Positions 10,715-23,176 of a stretch of DNA of 64,000 bases are shown piece after piece. The position numbers and the translations under genes are program-made. This DNA is from a bacterium (GTDB lineage Bacteria; SAR324; NAC60-12). A model generated the notes under the pieces. That model saw nothing but the letters and a program-made list of their open reading frames with translations, had not been told where the DNA came from and did not search any database. The stretch is taken from positions 124,884 to 188,883 of the forward strand of contig CBDBHR010000023.1 in assembly GCA_965205865.1 (NCBI GenBank). The letters run 5' to 3'. Numbering within the stretch: the stretch's first letter is position 1; the number at the start of each line of letters is the position of its first letter.

Positions 10715-10930
10715 TTAAGTCGCCCGCATGACCGGCGAGGTGTTGGCAAAGGGTCCATGCATCACCTGGCGGTTCATGATCACCACATCGCCCGGTTGAC
10801 ACAGCATCGGGACGGCCCCAGGGAGACGATCCGCCCCCCATTGGCGGATCCGTACGACGATATCGAGCTCGTCCTGCTGGTGGGTCCCGGGAACCACCCA
10901 TAGCGCATTCACCGGATTGCTGGGGTAAAG
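10715..10930 (-). pseudogene. Phytanoyl-CoA dioxygenase family fragment
   Basis: LWVVPGTH, PGDVVIM..HG..ANTS. Confidence 0.65.
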
Positions 10931-10969
10931 CTGATGGTTAGCTCTTTTTAGGAAAGAAGTAAGAGGATC

Positions 10970-11836
10970 TTATAATTTTTCAATCTCCTCCGGAGAAAAT
11001 CCGGAAATTTCACTGATCATTTTTAAATCAATCCCTTTTTGTTTTATTTCTCTTGCCATGTCAGCGATTCCTTTTTCGATTCCTTCTTCTCTTCCCTCTG
11101 CTTTTGCTGTCTCGATGATTCCTCGTTCCGAAACCAAATGCATAAGATACCTTTCATAACGTTTGCGTTCTTCAGAACCCATTTTTAAAAGGTCTAATTT
11201 TTTCCCGGCTTCACGAATGTGCTTCGATTTAAATTCCGACTTGATGGATTCGTGTTTTAACATATAGATCCATTCATCTAAGTCCGCTTCGATCATATCC
11301 TGGAAGCTCTCCACACGGATCAAGTAGTATTCAGGAAAGAGGTTCTTTTTTGCTTGAAGATGAGTGAGATGATCAGGGCCTTTGACTTTCTCACGGATTT
11401 TTAAGAGATCATTGCTATGGATGCCACGAAATTCCGTCTTTCCATAATAAACATAATCCTTTCCCAAACCCAGGTTGAAGTAAAGAATACTGATGGAAAT
11501 GACTTTTTTGATCTGATCGTAGGTCTCTCCGAGTGGCAGGTTTTCGACAATCACCTTCGAGGTTCCGAAGAGCAGTCTTTCCAAATAATCCGCTTCCTGC
11601 TGATTTTGAATTTCAATAATTAAATGACGGTCTTGAGAATCCTTCACCAGTAGGTCCACCCGATTGAACTTTTGTTGTTCCTCCGCGCTATTGCTCTCAC
11701 TCTCTAAAAGGGAAACCACGCGGATCTCTTCCTGGAGGAGAGCCGTCAGAAACCCTTCCAAAATATCAAAATTGGCTTTATCGCGTAGGACCGTTTTGAT
11801 AGCCCAGTCAAAACGGATGATTCGTTTCTCTGTCAT
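10970..11836 (-). CDS. Rpn family recombination-promoting nuclease / PD-(D/E)XK putative transposase
   Basis: FDWAIK, KFNRVDLL..IIEIQ, LDEWIY, EGREEGIEKG tail. Confidence 0.88.
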   Translation of the reverse strand: MTEKRIIRFDWAIKTVLRDKANFDILEGFLTALLQEEIRVVSLLESESNSAEEQQKFNRVDLLVKDSQDRHLIIEIQNQQEADYLERLLFGTSKVIVENLPLGETYDQIKKVISISILYFNLGLGKDYVYYGKTEFRGIHSNDLLKIREKVKGPDHLTHLQAKKNLFPEYYLIRVESFQDMIEADLDEWIYMLKHESIKSEFKSKHIREAGKKLDLLKMGSEERKRYERYLMHLVSERGIIETAKAEGREEGIEKGIADMAREIKQKGIDLKMISEISGFSPEEIEKL

Positions 11837-12001
11837 AGTTTTCGCTCCGATTGGTTGGACATTGGCATTTGAGTATAATCACCTCCTCTCGTTTTTACCA
11901 GTTCTTCATGTGATTTCTCATTTTTTGAAAGGAAACCAATGAGGAAGCTGACCTCATTTTCTTCAGAAGAGGATAAAAAGAGAACCCTCTTTCATGAACT
12001 C

Positions 12002-12161
12002 AGGAACAAACCTTAAATAACCTGTAATTCTTCCAATGGTGTGAGCAAAATTGGGGGACATGTACACCGCTGCGCATCCCAACTCTACTGTTTTATGCCT
12101 GCTGTTACGTGCACCCTAATTTTGCGTATCCATACTTCTAACTTATTTAAATTTCATTCCT
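12002..12161. mobile_element. ~160-bp MITE, copy 1
   Basis: TIRs AGGAAYAAACCTTAAATAA / TTATTTAAATTTCATTCCT; three copies in the window. Confidence 0.85.
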
Positions 12162-12309
12162 AAGTGCTTGGTTTGGGGAGAGAAGGCAGGGAATTTTCTT
12201 GAGGTGAGCGTCTTGCCAAGGATCTCCGGAGTGCGTTCCGTTTGTCGCCTCGCTCTTAAAAATCGAAAATTTTCAAAACAGGGCTGATTGAAAGTGAATT
12301 GGCAACAGT

Positions 12310-12549
12310 TCAGGACAGGCTGTTGTGGGTACCGTCACAAAAAGGTTGGTTGCCAGTATGTTTGCAACCACAAAGCCAGTATTTGTTGGCTTCAGTAATA
12401 GTGACTTTCACTGGTTCGAATTCCGAATCTTTGTGCGAACCGTCGCAATACGGTTGATTTGCAGACTTGCCGCATCTGCACCACCAGTAGTCTCCAGGCT
12501 CCAAATCAATGCCATACGGTTCTTTTTGCGCAATTTGTGGTTCCGCCAT
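12310..12549 (-). CDS. CDGSH iron-sulfur domain protein
   Basis: Two CxCx2(S/T)x3PxCDG(S/T)H motifs. Confidence 0.93.
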   Translation of the reverse strand: MAEPQIAQKEPYGIDLEPGDYWWCRCGKSANQPYCDGSHKDSEFEPVKVTITEANKYWLCGCKHTGNQPFCDGTHNSLS

Positions 12550-12892
12550 TTTTCTTTCTCCTTGATTGGTAAGTTATATTCCTGAGGAATGGTTCGTCAT
12601 TTTACAATTTGCAGTGCAAACGAAATGTATAGGATGCAATTGAAATGCATTCTTACAGAGCATTTGGCCTATATTCAAGTTTGAAACGACTTTGTTGCCA
12701 ATATTCTTTCGGCATCGCATAAAATCCGAATTATCAATCTGATACAAATTTCTCGAACTCCAAGGGTTTCGTGCGCGCAATTGTCATGTTGCGCAACTTT
12801 GGAAGGGGTTGATAAAAATATGAATGTTTATGATAATGGACAATGCTTCAATTAACAATTAAATTTCAGACATTCTCATAGAGGGACCCCTG

Positions 12893-13891
12893 ATGAAAGA
12901 TCACTATCGCATTTTTGGATCCGAACTCTCACCTTATTCGGTCAAAGTTCGTTCTTATTGCCGTTATAAAGACATCCCTCACAATTGGATTATTCGCAAC
13001 GCAGCCGTGAAGGACGAATACGATAAATACGCCAGGATCCCACTCATTCCACTGGTCGTCACGCCCCGAGATAAGGGTATTCAGGACTCGACTCCGATAA
13101 TCGAGCATCTCGAAACCGAGTATCCCGAGCCTTCCATCCACCCTTCTGATCCGGTCACCGGATTTGTTTCAGCCCTACTCGAAGAATTTGGTGACGAATG
13201 GGGCAATAAATGGATGTTTCATTACCGCTGGGCGCGTGAAATTGATCAGCTCTGCTCGGCAGGCCGTATCGCCCGCATGTTGATACCTGCGGCAGAGGAT
13301 AAGGAACACGCGGAACTGGCGGTCCGGGTTCGAGAACGCATGATCAACCGAGTGTGGTTTGTTGGCTCCAATGAGCAGACTGCCCCTCAGATTGAAAAAT
13401 CCTTTTGTGAGGCGATCGATCAACTCGAGACACATCTGAGCGGCCGAGCTTATCTCTTTGGGGGCAGACCGTCTTTCGGAGATTTCGGCCTCTGGGGACA
13501 AATCTATTGCGCTTGGACCGATCCGACTCCAGGTGCGTTAGTGGAGAGTCGCGCCCCCCATGTATTGGCTTGGGTTCATCGCATGCTTTGGGCGCGGGCC
13601 GAAAGCGACTTCGAACCTTGGTCGAGTTTGGAATCAACACTCTTGCCATTTCTTGAAAAGCAGGTCGGCGCCCGCTTTTTCCCCTGGTCGCTGGCCAATG
13701 CAAAAGCGATCGCTGACGGTAAGGAAGAGTTCAGCGTCGAGTTGAATGGCCAAACCTGGACTCAGAAAGCTCAGAAATACCATGCGAAAACCCTGCGAAC
13801 TCTGCGAGGCAAATACGCGTCAGTGGCTGAGAAAAGCAAACTGGATCCTATTTTGGAGCAAGCCAACTGCCTGCTCGGCCTGCAAGCTTAA
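12893..13891 (+). CDS. Glutathione S-transferase family protein
   Basis: SPYSVKVRSY, IP, QDSTPII, YLFGGRPSFGDF. Confidence 0.88.
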   Translation: MKDHYRIFGSELSPYSVKVRSYCRYKDIPHNWIIRNAAVKDEYDKYARIPLIPLVVTPRDKGIQDSTPIIEHLETEYPEPSIHPSDPVTGFVSALLEEFGDEWGNKWMFHYRWAREIDQLCSAGRIARMLIPAAEDKEHAELAVRVRERMINRVWFVGSNEQTAPQIEKSFCEAIDQLETHLSGRAYLFGGRPSFGDFGLWGQIYCAWTDPTPGALVESRAPHVLAWVHRMLWARAESDFEPWSSLESTLLPFLEKQVGARFFPWSLANAKAIADGKEEFSVELNGQTWTQKAQKYHAKTLRTLRGKYASVAEKSKLDPILEQANCLLGLQA

Positions 13892-13959
13892 TAAAAAAAA
13901 ACGCATGATGAATAAACTCGTTTCCTTCTACAGATAAACTGGGGTGAGGTTGGCATTGA

Positions 13960-14382
13960 TCATTCCTGCGGCTGATCGTAATTGATCAACCAGTTGATAG
14001 CGAACTTGTCAGTGAACGATCCGAAATATGATCCCCAGAACATATCCCGCATGGGCATAGAGACGGATCCTCCAGCAGACAACTCGGCAAAGATCCGATC
14101 AGCTTCGGCCTTACTTTCGGGGCTGACGGAAATCGAAAAGTTATTGCCGACAACAGGTGGTGGGCCGAACTGAGATGGCATATCGCTGCCCATCAATGTG
14201 CTGGAACCGATTGGTAATGACACGTGCATGATGTTGTCCAAGTCATCTTCAGCGACTCCCATATCGGGGGGGCCGTTCCTGAAGGTTTGCAAATTCGCGA
14301 ATTCTCCACCGAACACAGAGCGATAGAACTCGAACACTTCACGGCAATTTCCATTGAAATTCAGATAGGTGTCAAGGGTCAT
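13960..14382 (-). CDS. VOC / PhnB family protein
   Basis: YLNFNGNCRE..FY..VFGG, FWGSYFG..DKF..NW. Confidence 0.9.
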   Translation of the reverse strand: MTLDTYLNFNGNCREVFEFYRSVFGGEFANLQTFRNGPPDMGVAEDDLDNIMHVSLPIGSSTLMGSDMPSQFGPPPVVGNNFSISVSPESKAEADRIFAELSAGGSVSMPMRDMFWGSYFGSFTDKFAINWLINYDQPQE

Positions 14383-14517
14383 TGTAGTCTCCTGAGATTT
14401 GATGATTTGAAAAAATGTCTTTTGGGAATTTGTTGAAAAAGCGTATCGAATCTATCTCATTGGTGGTCAAATATCAATTGGAATAAACTATGCTGTGTCC
14501 TTATGGTTAAAATGATT

Positions 14518-14677
14518 AGGAATGAAATTTAAATAAGTTAGAAGTATGGATACGCAAAATTAGGGTACACGTAACAGCAGGCATAAAACAGTAGAGTTGG
14601 GATGCGCAGTGGTGTACATGTCCCCCAATTTTGCTCACACAATTGGAAGAATTACAGGTTATTAAAGGTTTGTTCCT
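14518..14677. mobile_element. ~160-bp MITE, copy 2 (inverted)
   Basis: Reverse complement of 12002-12161; TTA/TAA flanks. Confidence 0.85.
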
Positions 14678-14859
14678 TAAATCGGGCTTTGCCGTTCATA
14701 CGAAGACTTTTGGAATACTCCCTCAGGAAAGCCCGAGAGTATATCCGTCAAGGCGTATTCTATGCGAGAACACCAAATGTTCCCACCGAACCAATCGCCC
14801 CTTCTTGATCAATTTATCCAATCATTGTCAGGAAAAGGGAATAACTGAGGCTACAAACA

Positions 14860-16020
14860 TCAAGGGGATTTGGTGCGGGATCCAGAGCAAAGAGAATGAC
14901 AAAAGCCCTGAATATGTTGGGCCGTACGCTGATAGGCGCCTGGTTTTCCGAGTTGAGCGCGGAGTGACTCGAATTCCTGCTGCATATGCCGGGTGAAGGA
15001 CCGATCTTTCAACAAGCGTATTGTCTCTCGCGCCAGGTTGGAAGCGGTTAGATCGTTTTGCAAGAGTTCAGGAACAATCAGACGCTGGGCTAAAATATTG
15101 ACCAAACCTATATAGGGAACCCGAGACATCTGTTTGGCAAGCCAAAAGGTGAGGGGAGCGAGTTTGTAAATGATTACGAAGGGGGTGAGCGCCAAGCTGG
15201 TTTGCAAGGTGGCGGTTCCTGAAGCCACAATGGCGGCATTCACGGCATGAATGCATTCCAAAAAAGATCCATGAAATGCTGTCACGGCAATAGGACTTTG
15301 CTCCAACTGTTTCCGGATCCAGCCCAACTCGATACTTTCTGACACCGGCATGAGATGTTGAATCCGAATGCCCTCTTTCCGGATCAATAAAAGGGCTTCC
15401 AGCACAATGGGCAGATGATTCTTGACTTCACTGGGACGACTGCCTATTGCCAGGGCGAGAGATGGAATTGTCTCATCAGGGATGTATTGTTGTTTGAACT
15501 CGGAAAGCCGAACGGCAGAAACCGTATCCCCCACGCGAGGATGACCAACTAAGTTCACAGCAATCCCTGCCTTGCGATAAATTGCTTCCTCAAAGGGAAA
15601 CAAAACAAACATTTTGTCCACTACTTTTTTAATCAATCGAATACGCTTTCCACGCCAGGCCCAGACCTGTGGACTGCTGAACCAGAGTACCGGAATGTTT
15701 TGTCGTTTGACATGTGCGGCCAGCTTGAGATTGAATCCCGGGTAATCAATGAGTAAGGCCAGGTCGGGTTGTTCCTCAGATAGCGTGTCACGCATATGCC
15801 AGAGGATTTTATAAAGGCGGGGCAGATGTGGCAAGACCTCCAGCAAACCATGGACTTCGAGTGAATCTAAAGTGTAAACGGCCTGCAATCCTTGCTGCAG
15901 CATAAGAGGACCACCGATACCATATACCGTCAATTGGGGCATTATTTTTTGCAGTTCACCCATCAGAGCGGCGCCGTGAGCATCGCCAGATGGTTCTCCG
16001 GCGACCATTAGAATTTTCAT
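14860..16020 (-). CDS. lpxB: Lipid-A-disaccharide synthase
   Basis: AGEPSGD, IDYPGFN, PQVWAWR, VGHP, SGTATL. Confidence 0.95.
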   Translation of the reverse strand: MKILMVAGEPSGDAHGAALMGELQKIMPQLTVYGIGGPLMLQQGLQAVYTLDSLEVHGLLEVLPHLPRLYKILWHMRDTLSEEQPDLALLIDYPGFNLKLAAHVKRQNIPVLWFSSPQVWAWRGKRIRLIKKVVDKMFVLFPFEEAIYRKAGIAVNLVGHPRVGDTVSAVRLSEFKQQYIPDETIPSLALAIGSRPSEVKNHLPIVLEALLLIRKEGIRIQHLMPVSESIELGWIRKQLEQSPIAVTAFHGSFLECIHAVNAAIVASGTATLQTSLALTPFVIIYKLAPLTFWLAKQMSRVPYIGLVNILAQRLIVPELLQNDLTASNLARETIRLLKDRSFTRHMQQEFESLRAQLGKPGAYQRTAQHIQGFCHSLCSGSRTKSP

Positions 16021-16107
16021 TGATCCTGTCTTTGACTCTATTACTCGGAATGATTGGATTTCTTGGGCGCAAACCATCTTAAAAATCTGCTTCTTTTCCA
16101 GAATCGC

Positions 16108-16899
16108 TCAATCCGGGTGCCAATATTTTAAAGCGCATTGGGTATCACGTTGGACAAGCTCGTAGAAGCGATCATTGTGCGCAAGCCCGGGACTGGCGCG
16201 GTGTCGAAATTCATGGATCAGGGTTTCAATCAACCGGGATTTTTTGGGTTGTCCATAAAACCAGAAGTTGGAACGGTGGATCTTGATCTGAAATTTCCCC
16301 CAATAAAAGCCTGTTTCTCCATACTGGATTTTATTGTGATGAAATACGCTTTCCGGCGTATAAAGAACTGGTACTGTTTGTATTTTTTCCAGCATCCGCT
16401 CGGAAAAGCAAGGCAACTGAGCCAGTTTTTGCGCATACTTCTCAATCATTTGCTGTCGAGCAGTGATGTTCTCCAAGCCGACACCCAATAAGTAATAACG
16501 GTCCATCAGAAAGAAGAGCGTTGCTAAGACCAAGGCCACGATCAAAAAGACAGCCAGCCGTTTTCCCCGTTGCGGAGAAACAGATCTTTGCGGGTAGAGG
16601 TGTCGTTTTTTAAGATAAACCCAATCCTGCCATTCTTTTTGCAATTCGAGCAGTAAAGATTCTTCCAGGTTAGCCCAGTCATGTTCATCAAATTTCAGAG
16701 AATTTGGCAGATCCAATTGTAAAAATGCTTGTTCTTTACATCGGTGGCAAACGATTTTGGCAAACCAGGCCCCATCTTTTCCTTGCAAAGGTGTCAGAAA
16801 GACCATAGCGCTCTGACAATGGGGACAGATCAATCTATGGGCGGGACACCAACTGTTTTCTCTCAAATTGAAAAACCTGCTCAGAGGGAAGGAGTCCAT
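16108..16899 (-). CDS. Membrane protein with N-terminal Zn-ribbon and C-terminal HExxH zincin motif
   Basis: CPHC...CHRC, one TM helix, TLIHEFRH...H...F. Confidence 0.6.
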   Translation of the reverse strand: MDSFPLSRFFNLRENSWCPAHRLICPHCQSAMVFLTPLQGKDGAWFAKIVCHRCKEQAFLQLDLPNSLKFDEHDWANLEESLLLELQKEWQDWVYLKKRHLYPQRSVSPQRGKRLAVFLIVALVLATLFFLMDRYYLLGVGLENITARQQMIEKYAQKLAQLPCFSERMLEKIQTVPVLYTPESVFHHNKIQYGETGFYWGKFQIKIHRSNFWFYGQPKKSRLIETLIHEFRHRASPGLAHNDRFYELVQRDTQCALKYWHPD

Positions 16900-17068
16900 T
16901 CCGGGAAAATAAATCCAAACTCGAGGAATCCCTGGATTTTAGAAACCCGTCGAAATGAAGCAAGGGATGTTCAGTACGCAAGCCGGTTGCGCAACTGTCG
17001 GATTGCTTTATAAATGATGAGTGTTTGATTGAATTCCCGCAAATTTGTGGTAACCTTTCCGGCATGCC

Positions 17069-17899
17069 TTACCACATTACCCAACCGCTTGTATTGATGT
17101 CTTGTCCAGTCATGCTGGCAGAATCCTCCGAAGCGAGAAACAGCGCTAAGGACGCCGTATCTTCTGGCCCTGAATTCTTGTCGATATAGCCTTCATCCGC
17201 GCACCATCGACCTGCGATTACCTCTTTCGTTTTGGACTTTTCAAACTTTTCGCGAAAGACTGTTTCGTCGAAAGGCTGGTTATTGTATAAAGCCCGGTCT
17301 CGCGTCAATTCCAGTTTTCTTTCTTCATGCTCACCGGGGCAGATAGCATTCACATTGATGTTATAACGCCCCACATCGGCAGCCAGTGTTCTGGTGAAAC
17401 CGATCACCCCCATCTTCGAGGTCGCGTAAGGCGTCCGGTGAGAAAGGGGTTGCTTTCCCGTACCGGAGCTGAAGTTGATGATTTTTCCATAATGCTTGCG
17501 GATCATTTCGGGTAGTACCGCTTTGCAACAGATAAAAATCGAATCAAGGTTGACCGCGAGGGTTTGTTTCCATTCGACCAAGCTCATCTTCCAAACGTCT
17601 TTGGTGGGTCCCGCAATACCAACTACATTGGCAAGGATATCGATCGTGCCAAATTGTTTTATAGTTTCCCGGACCATCTGCTTCACAGATTCCTCATTTG
17701 AAACATCGGTCCGGAAGCAGAGCGCCTTTCCACCTTCCTTACGAATTATTGACCCCACTGTCTCTTCCAACCGGGTCAACGGAATAAGATCACAAATAGC
17801 AACCGCGGCTCCTTCTTTGGCGAATCGCCTGGTTACGGCTTCAGCATGACCTCTGCCTGCACCGGTGATCATGGCGACTTTACCCTGTAATTTTCTCAT
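17069..17899 (-). CDS. SDR family oxidoreductase
   Basis: TGAGRG, YATSK, VNAICPG. Confidence 0.9.
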   Translation of the reverse strand: MRKLQGKVAMITGAGRGHAEAVTRRFAKEGAAVAICDLIPLTRLEETVGSIIRKEGGKALCFRTDVSNEESVKQMVRETIKQFGTIDILANVVGIAGPTKDVWKMSLVEWKQTLAVNLDSIFICCKAVLPEMIRKHYGKIINFSSGTGKQPLSHRTPYATSKMGVIGFTRTLAADVGRYNINVNAICPGEHEERKLELTRDRALYNNQPFDETVFREKFEKSKTKEVIAGRWCADEGYIDKNSGPEDTASLALFLASEDSASMTGQDINTSGWVMW

Positions 17900-18055
17900 A
17901 AACTCATTCTTTCTTTATGTGTCGATTTTAATTTGCTTGATTGCGTTATAAAGAAAGATCATCTTTAACATAGGCAATCAATTGAAACAAGGACCTCTTG
18001 TACGCGTCCAACTCGGATTACCAATACCAGAACAATGTTTATTGCAGACCCTCCT

Positions 18056-19237
<1,182 letters not shown>

Positions 19238-21391
19238 TTAGGCGTAGAACCCTTTGGAATCTCTGGCCAAAGCCCGGATTTGCTCGGTTGGGGCATACAG
19301 TGGGTTATCGGTCATAAAGCGTTGCGCTTTTTCGCACAAGGACTGCAGTCCAAAGGAATCGGCATATTTGAGCAAGCCTCCACGGAAAGGAGGAAATCCA
19401 ATCCCATAAATGCAGCCCATATCCACTTCCTGGGGAGTGAGGACGATTTGGTCTTCCAGGCAGCGGGAACTTTCGATGATCATGGGAATCATCATGCGCT
19501 CCACAATTTCATCATCCGAGACCTCCATTTTGTTGATAACCAGGGATTGAAGCAAGGCTTCGACTAGAGGGTCCGGCTTTTTATCCGGTCCCGCTTTCCC
19601 ATTCAGATCTGCTGAATAGAGATAAAATCCTTTCCGGTTTTTTTGCCCATAACGCTTGTTTTCATTGAGAACGACAACTGCGGATTTTGCTCTATTTTTC
19701 ATGCGCTCAGGAAACCCTCCGGCCATCACTTCTTCAACATGAGCCGCCGTGTCCAGTCCGATGACGTCCAGCAAATGGGCAGGTCCCATTGGCCATCCGA
19801 ATTTTTCCATTACCTTGTCGATTCTTTTGAAATCCACCCCCTGTGCCAACAAACCCATGAACCCGGCAAAGTAGGCGGCCAGGATTCGGTTGATTAGAAA
19901 TCCGGGACAATCATTGACCACCAGAGGACTTTTACCCAAGGAGATTGCATATCCGACGGCCTTAGTGATGGCATGCTTGCCAGTTTTCTTTCCGCGAATG
20001 ACTTCGACTAAGGGCATACGGTGAACAGGATTGAAAAAATGCATCCCGCAGAAGGATTCCGGTCGCTTCAATCCTTCTGCAAGCATGGTGATAGAAAGGG
20101 TTGAGGTATTAGTAGTGAGGATCGCGCCGTTTTTCATCCTGCTTTCCACCTCCGTGAGCACCTTTTTTTTCAGCTCGAGATTTTCAACAACCGCTTCCAC
20201 GATTATGTCGGCAAATTTGATATCCTCATAGGAGAGCGTGGTCCGGATCCTGTTTAAAATGTTCGTCATTTTCCAGGTATCGATTCTCCCACGGGAAATT
20301 TGATTGTTGAGTAAAGAGGCTGCTTCGGACAATCCAACTTTGGCTGCCTCGGCATCGACGTCTTTCATCACCACCGGAATCCCTCGGTATGCGGATTGAT
20401 ACGCAATACCGGCACCCATGATACCAGCTCCCAAGACAGCTGCCGATTGGATTGGTACGGTAGATTTTTGATAGTTATTTGCACTTTTCTTCAAATATTG
20501 ATCATTGAGAAACAGGGATACAAGGTTGGCGGCAACGGTAGTTTTTGCCAGTTTCGAGAAACTCTGATGTTCGAGCTTCAACGCTTTATCCCGGCTATGT
20601 GGGGCGGCTGCCTGCATGACTTCTACCGCTTTGAGAGGAGCGGGATAGTGGGGACCTGCTTCTCCGGAAACAAAAATTTTTCCTCCTTCGAAAACCATCA
20701 ATCCCTCCATCGGATCGAGGGTCAAGGGCACAAGTTTTTCTTGACGTTTTGCTTTCCAATCTAAATTTCCGGATATGGCCTGCCGCAACAGATGCAAGGC
20801 AGCCTCCCTCAGCTTTTCCGGTTCAACGACAGCTTCCACTACCCCATTTCGAAAAGCGTCAACCGCATTGTATTCTTTGCCTCCGGCAATCCATTCGATG
20901 GCGTTGTCGGCTCCAATCACTCGAGGCAGACGCACTGTTCCCCCAAACCCCGGGATGACGCCGAGCTTCACTTCAGGTTGCCCCACCTTTGCTTTGGTGG
21001 ACATAATCCGGTATGTCGTGGCCAATCCCATTTCCAGGCCACCTCCCAAAGCATAGCCGTTGAACGCGCTCACACTGGGAAAATCAAGGTCCTCCAAGTC
21101 GCAAAAAATCGCGTTGGCAGTTTTGAGCCAAGCAACGATTTCATCTTCGGAACTGCTGAAATAGTCTGAAAACTCGCTGATATCTGCTCCAACGATAAAA
21201 ACGCTTTTCGCACTGCTCACCAAAAGTCCTTTGATAGACATATCCCCTTTGAGTTGATTTGCAACTTCACGTAATTCTGAAAGTGTCTTCCTGTCAAACT
21301 TATTGACTGGTCCCTCTCTTGCATCAAAAATCAACTCCACCACCCCATCTTCAAGGGATTGACAGCGGATGGTTTCGCCTTCATAATTCAT
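19238..21391 (-). CDS. fadB: Fatty acid oxidation complex alpha subunit
   Basis: Crotonase domain (GGGLE, PEVKLG) plus HAD domain (GAGIMG, GMHFFNP). Confidence 0.95.
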   Translation of the reverse strand: MNYEGETIRCQSLEDGVVELIFDAREGPVNKFDRKTLSELREVANQLKGDMSIKGLLVSSAKSVFIVGADISEFSDYFSSSEDEIVAWLKTANAIFCDLEDLDFPSVSAFNGYALGGGLEMGLATTYRIMSTKAKVGQPEVKLGVIPGFGGTVRLPRVIGADNAIEWIAGGKEYNAVDAFRNGVVEAVVEPEKLREAALHLLRQAISGNLDWKAKRQEKLVPLTLDPMEGLMVFEGGKIFVSGEAGPHYPAPLKAVEVMQAAAPHSRDKALKLEHQSFSKLAKTTVAANLVSLFLNDQYLKKSANNYQKSTVPIQSAAVLGAGIMGAGIAYQSAYRGIPVVMKDVDAEAAKVGLSEAASLLNNQISRGRIDTWKMTNILNRIRTTLSYEDIKFADIIVEAVVENLELKKKVLTEVESRMKNGAILTTNTSTLSITMLAEGLKRPESFCGMHFFNPVHRMPLVEVIRGKKTGKHAITKAVGYAISLGKSPLVVNDCPGFLINRILAAYFAGFMGLLAQGVDFKRIDKVMEKFGWPMGPAHLLDVIGLDTAAHVEEVMAGGFPERMKNRAKSAVVVLNENKRYGQKNRKGFYLYSADLNGKAGPDKKPDPLVEALLQSLVINKMEVSDDEIVERMMIPMIIESSRCLEDQIVLTPQEVDMGCIYGIGFPPFRGGLLKYADSFGLQSLCEKAQRFMTDNPLYAPTEQIRALARDSKGFYA

Positions 21392-21696
21392 CTCGTCACC
21401 TCTTTTAGCCTGGAAACATGCCATTCAATGAAAAATGGAAAGTTGTATAGACTATTTATGGAATTTTTACAATTTCAGTTGCTCCCAAATAAGTTTCAAA
21501 TTAGCCTTTCCCCCGGAATCGTCAAGTTGAACTTCTTTAACAGCAAGCAACAGATCTTTTGATTTTTTTATTGAGAAAGTATTGGGGCCATTCGTTTCCG
21601 AATGGGAAGATGGCTGAACGCGAATCTTTATGCTTTTTCTCAGACAAGGAGAAGGCAGTGGGAATTCGCAAGCGAACGTGAATCATTGCGAGAAAT

Positions 21697-21957
21697 ATGT
21701 CTAGAGGGGGTTTTCGCAAAGGAGCAGGTAGAAAAAGGGAATACCAGGAGCCGGTGCAAAAGATTCTTTTAGGCCTGCCGCGATCGGTCCTGCAAAAACT
21801 CGATGACTATGCCCAAAATCATGGACTCTCCCGGCCAAAAGCCATTGCGCGCCTATTAGAACAACTCCGGGAACAACCTGCAACGGGTATGAAGGAAAAT
21901 CAAAAACAAACGTTTTTGGATGAACTCAAAGCATTGAAAGAGAGTTTGCATTCATGA
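21697..21957 (+). CDS. Ribbon-helix-helix / CopG-like DNA-binding protein
   Basis: RGGFRKGAGRK followed by an RHH-like segment. Confidence 0.6.
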   Translation: MSRGGFRKGAGRKREYQEPVQKILLGLPRSVLQKLDDYAQNHGLSRPKAIARLLEQLREQPATGMKENQKQTFLDELKALKESLHS

Positions 21958-21978
21958 CAAAGATGGGATTGCGCTCTT

Positions 21979-23037
21979 TTAGATGAAAAGGAGTTGCGAT
22001 TGTTCGGGCGGGTGAACGGTTCCGATAATTCGGGCATAAGAAACACCCATGTCATGTAATTGTTGCAAGGCAGCCCTTCCCTGTTTTTCAGGAATGGCAA
22101 CCAACAGGCCACCACTGGTTTGGGGATCTACTAAGATTTCTTCGTACCATTGGGGTAATTCGCGCACAAATTGCGTATCGGGGTTGATCAACTCATGGTT
22201 GGAAAGATTGACTCCGGTCGTTATACCGCGTTTGTACATGTCCAAGGCTTCTTTCATCAGCGGCACCGCATCCACTTCAATTTCAAGAGTCACCCGAGAG
22301 CCTTTTGCCATCTCCAGGGAATGTCCTGCCAGACCGAATCCCGTGATGTCTTTAACGGCATGCACTTCAAAGCTGGTAAGCAATTCACACGCTGTCCTGT
22401 TCAACATGATGAGAATTTGAAGACATTCTTCCAAGGCTTGTGGAGAAACAAGTTTCTTCAGGTTTGCATTGAAGAGCACGCCACTGCCGATGGGTTTAGT
22501 CAAGATCAACACATCTCCCGGTTGTGCTCCGGTGTTACTCCAATAACGCTGCGGATGCACGATCCCCGTGACTGACAAACCAAATTTGGGTTCTGCATCT
22601 TCAGTGGTGTGACCTCCCGCCAACACTGCGCCTGCCTCGGTGATTTTATTCAATGCTCCGTCAATGATGCCGTGCAAGATATCCGGTTTCAACTGATCGG
22701 ACGGGAATCCTACCAGATTCAAACAGGTAATGGGCTTTCCTCCCATCGCGTACACGTCACTGAGCGCATTCGCCGCGGCAATCTGCCCAAACAGAAACGG
22801 ATCGTCCACGGGAGGTGTGATAAAATCTGCCGTGGTCACCAATGCTGTTTCATCGTTTATGCGATAGACAGCAGCATCGTCGCTGGTTTCAAACCCAATC
22901 AATAGGTTTGGATCCTGGTTTTTAGGTAAACGTGCCAGAAGCTCTTTGAGCCCGACCGGACTCAATTTTGCAGCTCAACCACAAGTTTTGGAGAGGCTGG
23001 TCAGCGTAGGCTGTCTAAATAAATGTTTCAATGCCAT
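21979..23037 (-). CDS. selD: Selenophosphate synthetase, Sec-containing
   Basis: ATG at 23037; in-frame TGA at 22975-22977 in CG-U-AAK; DDAAVY, GGHT, DPQTSGGLL. Confidence 0.93.
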
Positions 23038-23176
23038 AATAAATTGATTTTCGACTGTCAATACGAGACAGTCAGTCCAACAATGTGTCTGGAATAAAGA
23101 TTGAATGAAAGAGGTGATTTAACACCACTGCCGCTTAAAACACAAGTCAAGAGGAATTGGATTGACAAACGGATTG

